Assembly: GCA_963758495.1 (NCBI GenBank)
Contig: CAVWVI010000004.1
Span: forward strand, 320,001-384,000
From: Oligoflexia bacterium
GTDB taxonomy: Bacteria; Bdellovibrionota; UBA1018
Length of the DNA stretch: 64,000 nt
Reading direction: 5' to 3'
The position numbers were made by a program, and so were the translations under genes. The notes beneath the pieces were generated by a model. It was not told the DNA's origin, did not search any database, and saw only the letters and a program-made list of their open reading frames with translations. This document shows, piece by piece, positions 60,340 to 64,000 of the stretch; the stretch's first letter is position 1; every line of letters begins with the position of its first letter.

Positions 60340-61278
60340 ATGGCACAGCATCATACAAAAATCGCTGACTTAGGATTTAACCATGATCTTTTCATCATGC
60401 CATTTGATCATCGAGGATCCTTTCAAGAGAAGCTTTTTGGAATTAAAGGCCGTGCCCCTACTGCTGAAGAAACCCGTGAGATTGCCAGCTATAAAAAGCT
60501 CATTTATGAAGGCTTCAAAAAAGCAGTTGCAGCCGGTGTCCCAAAAGACAAAGCAGGCATTTTGGTCGATGAGCAGTTTGGATCAGAAATCCTAAAAGAC
60601 GCTCAGAAAAATGGCTTTATGACCGCATGCCCCGCAGAAAAGTCTGGCCAAGATGAGTTTGATTTTGAATATGGTGCTGAATTTGGTGCGCATATTAATA
60701 AATTCTCTCCTACTTTTGTAAAAGTTTTAGTTCGCTTTAATCCTCAAGCCGACGCTGTAATGAATCATCGACAAGCAAAGCGCCTTAAAGAGCTATCGGA
60801 TTATTGCCATAACCATCACAATAAGTTCATGTTTGAGCTTCTTGTTCCTGCCACAAAAGAGCAATTAGCGACTTGTGGTGGAGACACCGCGCGCTACGAC
60901 CGAGAACTTCGCCCTGCCCTCATGGGTCAAGCGATGCAACAGCTCCAAGAGGCCGGCGTAGAACCCGATGTTTGGAAATTAGAAGGAATTGAAACTTCAG
61001 AAGACTCACACAAGGTAGCTACACAAGCTCGCGTCCAAGGTCGCGATCAGGTGGGAGTCATTGTCCTGGGTCGCGGTGAAAATGCCGAAAAAGTGAAACA
61101 TTGGCTCAGCACTGCAGCACGAGTTCCTGGACTCATCGGATTTGCAGTAGGTCGCACTATTTTCTGGGAACCGCTCAAAGGCGTCAAAGACGGAAAGCAC
61201 TCCCGAGAAGAAGCCATTGATCAAATCGCAAAGAACTACAAAGGGTTTTGTGATCTCTGGATTCAGGCGCGACATTAA
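60340..61278 (+). CDS. DUF2090 aldolase-like TIM-barrel protein (IolC C-terminal type)
   Basis: PFDHR, VKVLV, FELL, PDVWKLEG and GFAVGRTIF. Confidence 0.8.
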   Translation: MAQHHTKIADLGFNHDLFIMPFDHRGSFQEKLFGIKGRAPTAEETREIASYKKLIYEGFKKAVAAGVPKDKAGILVDEQFGSEILKDAQKNGFMTACPAEKSGQDEFDFEYGAEFGAHINKFSPTFVKVLVRFNPQADAVMNHRQAKRLKELSDYCHNHHNKFMFELLVPATKEQLATCGGDTARYDRELRPALMGQAMQQLQEAGVEPDVWKLEGIETSEDSHKVATQARVQGRDQVGVIVLGRGENAEKVKHWLSTAARVPGLIGFAVGRTIFWEPLKGVKDGKHSREEAIDQIAKNYKGFCDLWIQARH

Positions 61279-61328
61279 CTCAGTGATGGGATAGGGAGTC
61301 GTGGCCTTCAAATATCCTGAAATAGAGA

Positions 61329-61351
61329 GGCTACCCACCTATAGGGTAGCC
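61329..61351. terminator. Hairpin between convergent genes
   Basis: ggctaccc-acctata-gggtagcc; no clear U tract. Confidence 0.4.
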
Positions 61352-61359
61352 AGTGGGCT

Positions 61360-62658
61360 TCATGTATTCGGTGGCTTAACTAAACTCAACGGATTCAAAA
61401 AAAACTTCCAAGCTGGGATCACCTGAATTTGAACCGAATCTATGTTGAATAGGTCTTCCTCGTCCCATGTAATCAGGTACGCTGATTTTACTTTATAGCG
61501 CTGGGCCGCCTTAATGAGGGATCGGATTTCTCGGTCTCGCGTGCTCTCACTTTGGATGGTGTAACAAACTTGAATCAGAGTCTGAAGTTTTCGATTATGC
61601 GTGAGACAAAAATCCACATCAATCCCATCTTCCTTCAGATAATAAACTTGCGTAGTATTTCTTCGCAGATGAAGGAAGACTAGAGTTTCTAATTTCATTC
61701 CCAGATCATCCGTTGGCCTGGTACTCAGAGCAGACCACAAGCCTAGATCAGAAATGTAAAATTTCCGAGGACGAGTGGATCGCTCCTTGAGCTTATGAGA
61801 ATAGGCGTGAACTTCGAAAAATAGATAAACTTCTTTTAGATACTCGAAGTAGTTTCTTACTGTATTCGTGCTCTTAATATCGAAAGCTTTCTGAAGTTTT
61901 CCCAGACTGGCAAAACTCCCCGATTGTTGAGCCAGGTACAAGGCAAGCTCTTTGAGAATGCGAGTGCTTCGAAGTTTGTACCGTTGTGCAATATCTCGAG
62001 TGATGATTTTATCAAAGAGTTCTCTCAAATAAGACCCTTGAGGCTCTCCCAGAACCACCTCTGGAAATCCTCCGAGTTCGAAATAAGATTGAAACTGTCC
62101 ACGAAGTAGAGCTATTTGTTCGGTGATCAGGCCCTTTGTATTTGGAACCGAGATCGATCGAAATTCTAAAAACTCTCGAAAAGAAAGGGGCATCAATTCC
62201 AGAGAAAGATGACGACCCGTAAGATGAGTCGCTAGTTCTTGGCTCAAAAGCTTTCCGTTACTTCCCGTGATCAAGATATTGATCTTCTTTCTCTGAAGAC
62301 GATTTACAAAGAGCTCCCAGGCTTTGATATTCTGAATTTCATCAAAAATTAAAATTTGAGACTCAGGCTGAAGTTCCAACAAAGCTTCATAAACCGTGTT
62401 TAAGTCAGTTGTATCCAGTCCCGTCAAACGCTCATCATCAAAATTAACAAACGAAAATGGGGTCTCCGCCGGAATCGAACCTAAACAGAGCGTGGACTTG
62501 CCAGATCGGCGAATCCCCATGACGACTTTAACCAGGCCAGAGGATTTAAGAAGGCTTTGAAGTTCTGGGCTTTTTTCTCTTGAGTGCCAGGAAGCTTTCA
62601 ACTTTTTAACTTCAACCTGCTGATCTAAAATGACTTTTTTAATTTCTTGCGACTGCAT
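61360..62658 (-). CDS. AAA+ ATPase, AAA_14 plus DUF4143
   Basis: GIRRSGKST, IFDEIQ, ITGSN, LTGR, GGFPE, KFYISDLG, ETLV and DVDF..IQV. Confidence 0.9.
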   Translation of the reverse strand: MQSQEIKKVILDQQVEVKKLKASWHSREKSPELQSLLKSSGLVKVVMGIRRSGKSTLCLGSIPAETPFSFVNFDDERLTGLDTTDLNTVYEALLELQPESQILIFDEIQNIKAWELFVNRLQRKKINILITGSNGKLLSQELATHLTGRHLSLELMPLSFREFLEFRSISVPNTKGLITEQIALLRGQFQSYFELGGFPEVVLGEPQGSYLRELFDKIITRDIAQRYKLRSTRILKELALYLAQQSGSFASLGKLQKAFDIKSTNTVRNYFEYLKEVYLFFEVHAYSHKLKERSTRPRKFYISDLGLWSALSTRPTDDLGMKLETLVFLHLRRNTTQVYYLKEDGIDVDFCLTHNRKLQTLIQVCYTIQSESTRDREIRSLIKAAQRYKVKSAYLITWDEEDLFNIDSVQIQVIPAWKFFLNPLSLVKPPNT

Positions 62659-62663
62659 TCTCT

Positions 62664-62723
62664 AACTTTATCAGTATACTGATAAAGTTCAACAACTAAC
62701 TCTATCAGTATACTGATAAAGAT
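62664..62723. promoter_or_regulatory. Tandem palindromic operators
   Basis: Perfect 26-bp aactttatcagtatactgataaagtt (62664-62689) and near-copy aactctatcagtatactgataaagat (62698-62723). Confidence 0.75.
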
Positions 62724-62793
62724 GAGCCGGGCTAGGCCAACCTCCAGAAAAGTTGCCACAGCGAATCGCGTCTGTTAAAAAGCTAAGAAAATT

Positions 62794-63999
62794 ATGAAAC
62801 ATAAAAAAGCCCGCTCGAACCCTGCATCCAATGCGAATAGCCATAGGACCCACCTATTGAGTCTAGTTATAAAATACTTAAAGGATGAAGCCAGTGAGCC
62901 AGAGGAACTCTCTATGCTCCGAGAGTTCAATACTATTTTCAAAAAAGGCGATCAGCGCACTCTTGATTTTATATCTAATGAAATAGATACCCGTCATCCC
63001 GAACTGCTTGAAGATTGGACTGATTTCAGCGAAATCTTTTGTTCTACCCTCAATGGCCTCATAGGCATAAATAAAAAAGAAATGAAGGCCGTCCTATTTT
63101 TAATCCCCATCATGATGGCAATCGAATCGACCGACGAAAATCAGGCCAAAAATAAGCCAAAAAATAAGCCAAAAAATAAGCCAAAAAATAAGCCAAAAAA
63201 TAAGAAAGACCACGAAGATCCTTTCGAAATCATTAAAATGGGAATGATTAGAGAACTCATGATTCAAGCTGGCCTGATTTCGGATCAAGATGAAAATATC
63301 GGTACCTTAACCCACCTATTTTCCCTAGATGAGCTGGCAGAAATCAACGAAATAAAAAGGTATCAACTCCTGAGAGCATTCACGCTCCCTGATCATTTTT
63401 ATAATCCAATACAAAGTAAGCTACAAAAGGAACCCCTCACACCAAGCAGTGTAGATATTAAATTGAAGTTCATCATTGGCGTCGCTACGCTCAATGATGA
63501 TGAGAATCCATCACCTCTTTCCCGCTGGATTGATCCATCGGGCGCTGAAGATGACCACCAAATCGAGAGTGATTGGAAGTTGATAAATACATTTACTGAC
63601 GAACTTACAGAAAAGTTACCCTCATTCTTGGATAAAAGCGCTGGAGTCAATATATTCATGACCGCCATTCATTCAATTCAGGAATATAGTAGTTATGGAA
63701 TTAAAACTGCGATCAATGAGTTTGACGACTTTAAGTGGACTCTCTTATTGGCTCAAGCTGAGCAGATGAAGAATCCAAAAATCAAACTCAGCCAAACTCA
63801 TGAGCAAACTATAAATATTACGTTATTTGACAATAATAAAGAAATACATAATATTTTCGCAAACTGTCTTTTCGATTCGATTGATGAACTAGAGGAATAT
63901 ATGGATGACTTATTTAAAGATCTAGAATTCAAAGGATTTTACTGTCAATCGAACAACCCTAACGATGGAATCGTTTTCATTCGAAAACCCATTAAACCT
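62794..63999 (+). CDS. Hypothetical protein (open at the window end)
   Basis: Not in the ORF track; hand translation from ATG 62794 (MKHKKARSNP...) shows no stop before 64000. Confidence 0.75.
   Translation, partial: MKHKKARSNPASNANSHRTHLLSLVIKYLKDEASEPEELSMLREFNTIFKKGDQRTLDFISNEIDTRHPELLEDWTDFSEIFCSTLNGLIGINKKEMKAVLFLIPIMMAIESTDENQAKNKPKNKPKNKPKNKPKNKKDHEDPFEIIKMGMIRELMIQAGLISDQDENIGTLTHLFSLDELAEINEIKRYQLLRAFTLPDHFYNPIQSKLQKEPLTPSSVDIKLKFIIGVATLNDDENPSPLSRWIDPSGAEDDHQIESDWKLINTFTDELTEKLPSFLDKSAGVNIFMTAIHSIQEYSSYGIKTAINEFDDFKWTLLLAQAEQMKNPKIKLSQTHEQTINITLFDNNKEIHNIFANCLFDSIDELEEYMDDLFKDLEFKGFYCQSNNPNDGIVFIRKPIKP
63145..63204 (+). repeat. 12-bp VNTR (x5) encoding (A/P)KNK
   Basis: gccaaaaataag followed by 4 copies of ccaaaaaataag. 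Confidence 0.92.
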
Positions 64000-64000
64000 T

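Noticed and set aside
1201..62109. Many short ORFs antisense to or nested in long genes
   Set aside because: They overlap well-supported genes and show no recognisable motifs.
63145..63204. Possible CRISPR array
   Set aside because: Contiguous 12-bp units with no spacers, and no cas genes in the window.
63100..63668. Minus-strand ORFs, including the LIFW repeat peptide
   Set aside because: Antisense readings of the 62794 ORF and its VNTR.

Overview
Bacterial chromosomal window, roughly 40% GC by eye. The gene set (gspC-N type II secretion cluster, CarD, HNH-family relic, deltaproteobacterial-type hypotheticals) suggests a Bdellovibrionota-like organism; this is an inference. Core genes include queA, SpoIID/LytB, UDG family 4, stomatin, uvrC, uvrB, cysS, gltX, carD, an acyl-CoA dehydrogenase, dut, hisS, a polar amino acid ABC transporter with ARG-box-like sites, and a full T2SS operon preceded by a sigma54 promoter and a paired enhancer-like site. 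The main accessory region is about 23.9-28.5 kb and is bracketed by a 19-bp exact direct repeat. It holds an AbiE toxin-antitoxin pair in reversed order with an operator, an in-frame BrnT-BrnA-like fusion, a 1.15-kb segment bounded by 34-bp inverted repeats that truncates an HNH-family gene, a transposase HTH relic, and a decayed lipoprotein whose C-terminus looks like a diversity-generating retroelement (DGR) variable region; no reverse transcriptase is present in the window. Two AAA_14/DUF4143-type ATPases lie near the window ends, and the left one is missing from the ORF track. A short dispersed intergenic repeat occurs about 6 times. I saw no rRNA, tRNA or CRISPR array. All family calls come from motif recognition, not database searches.
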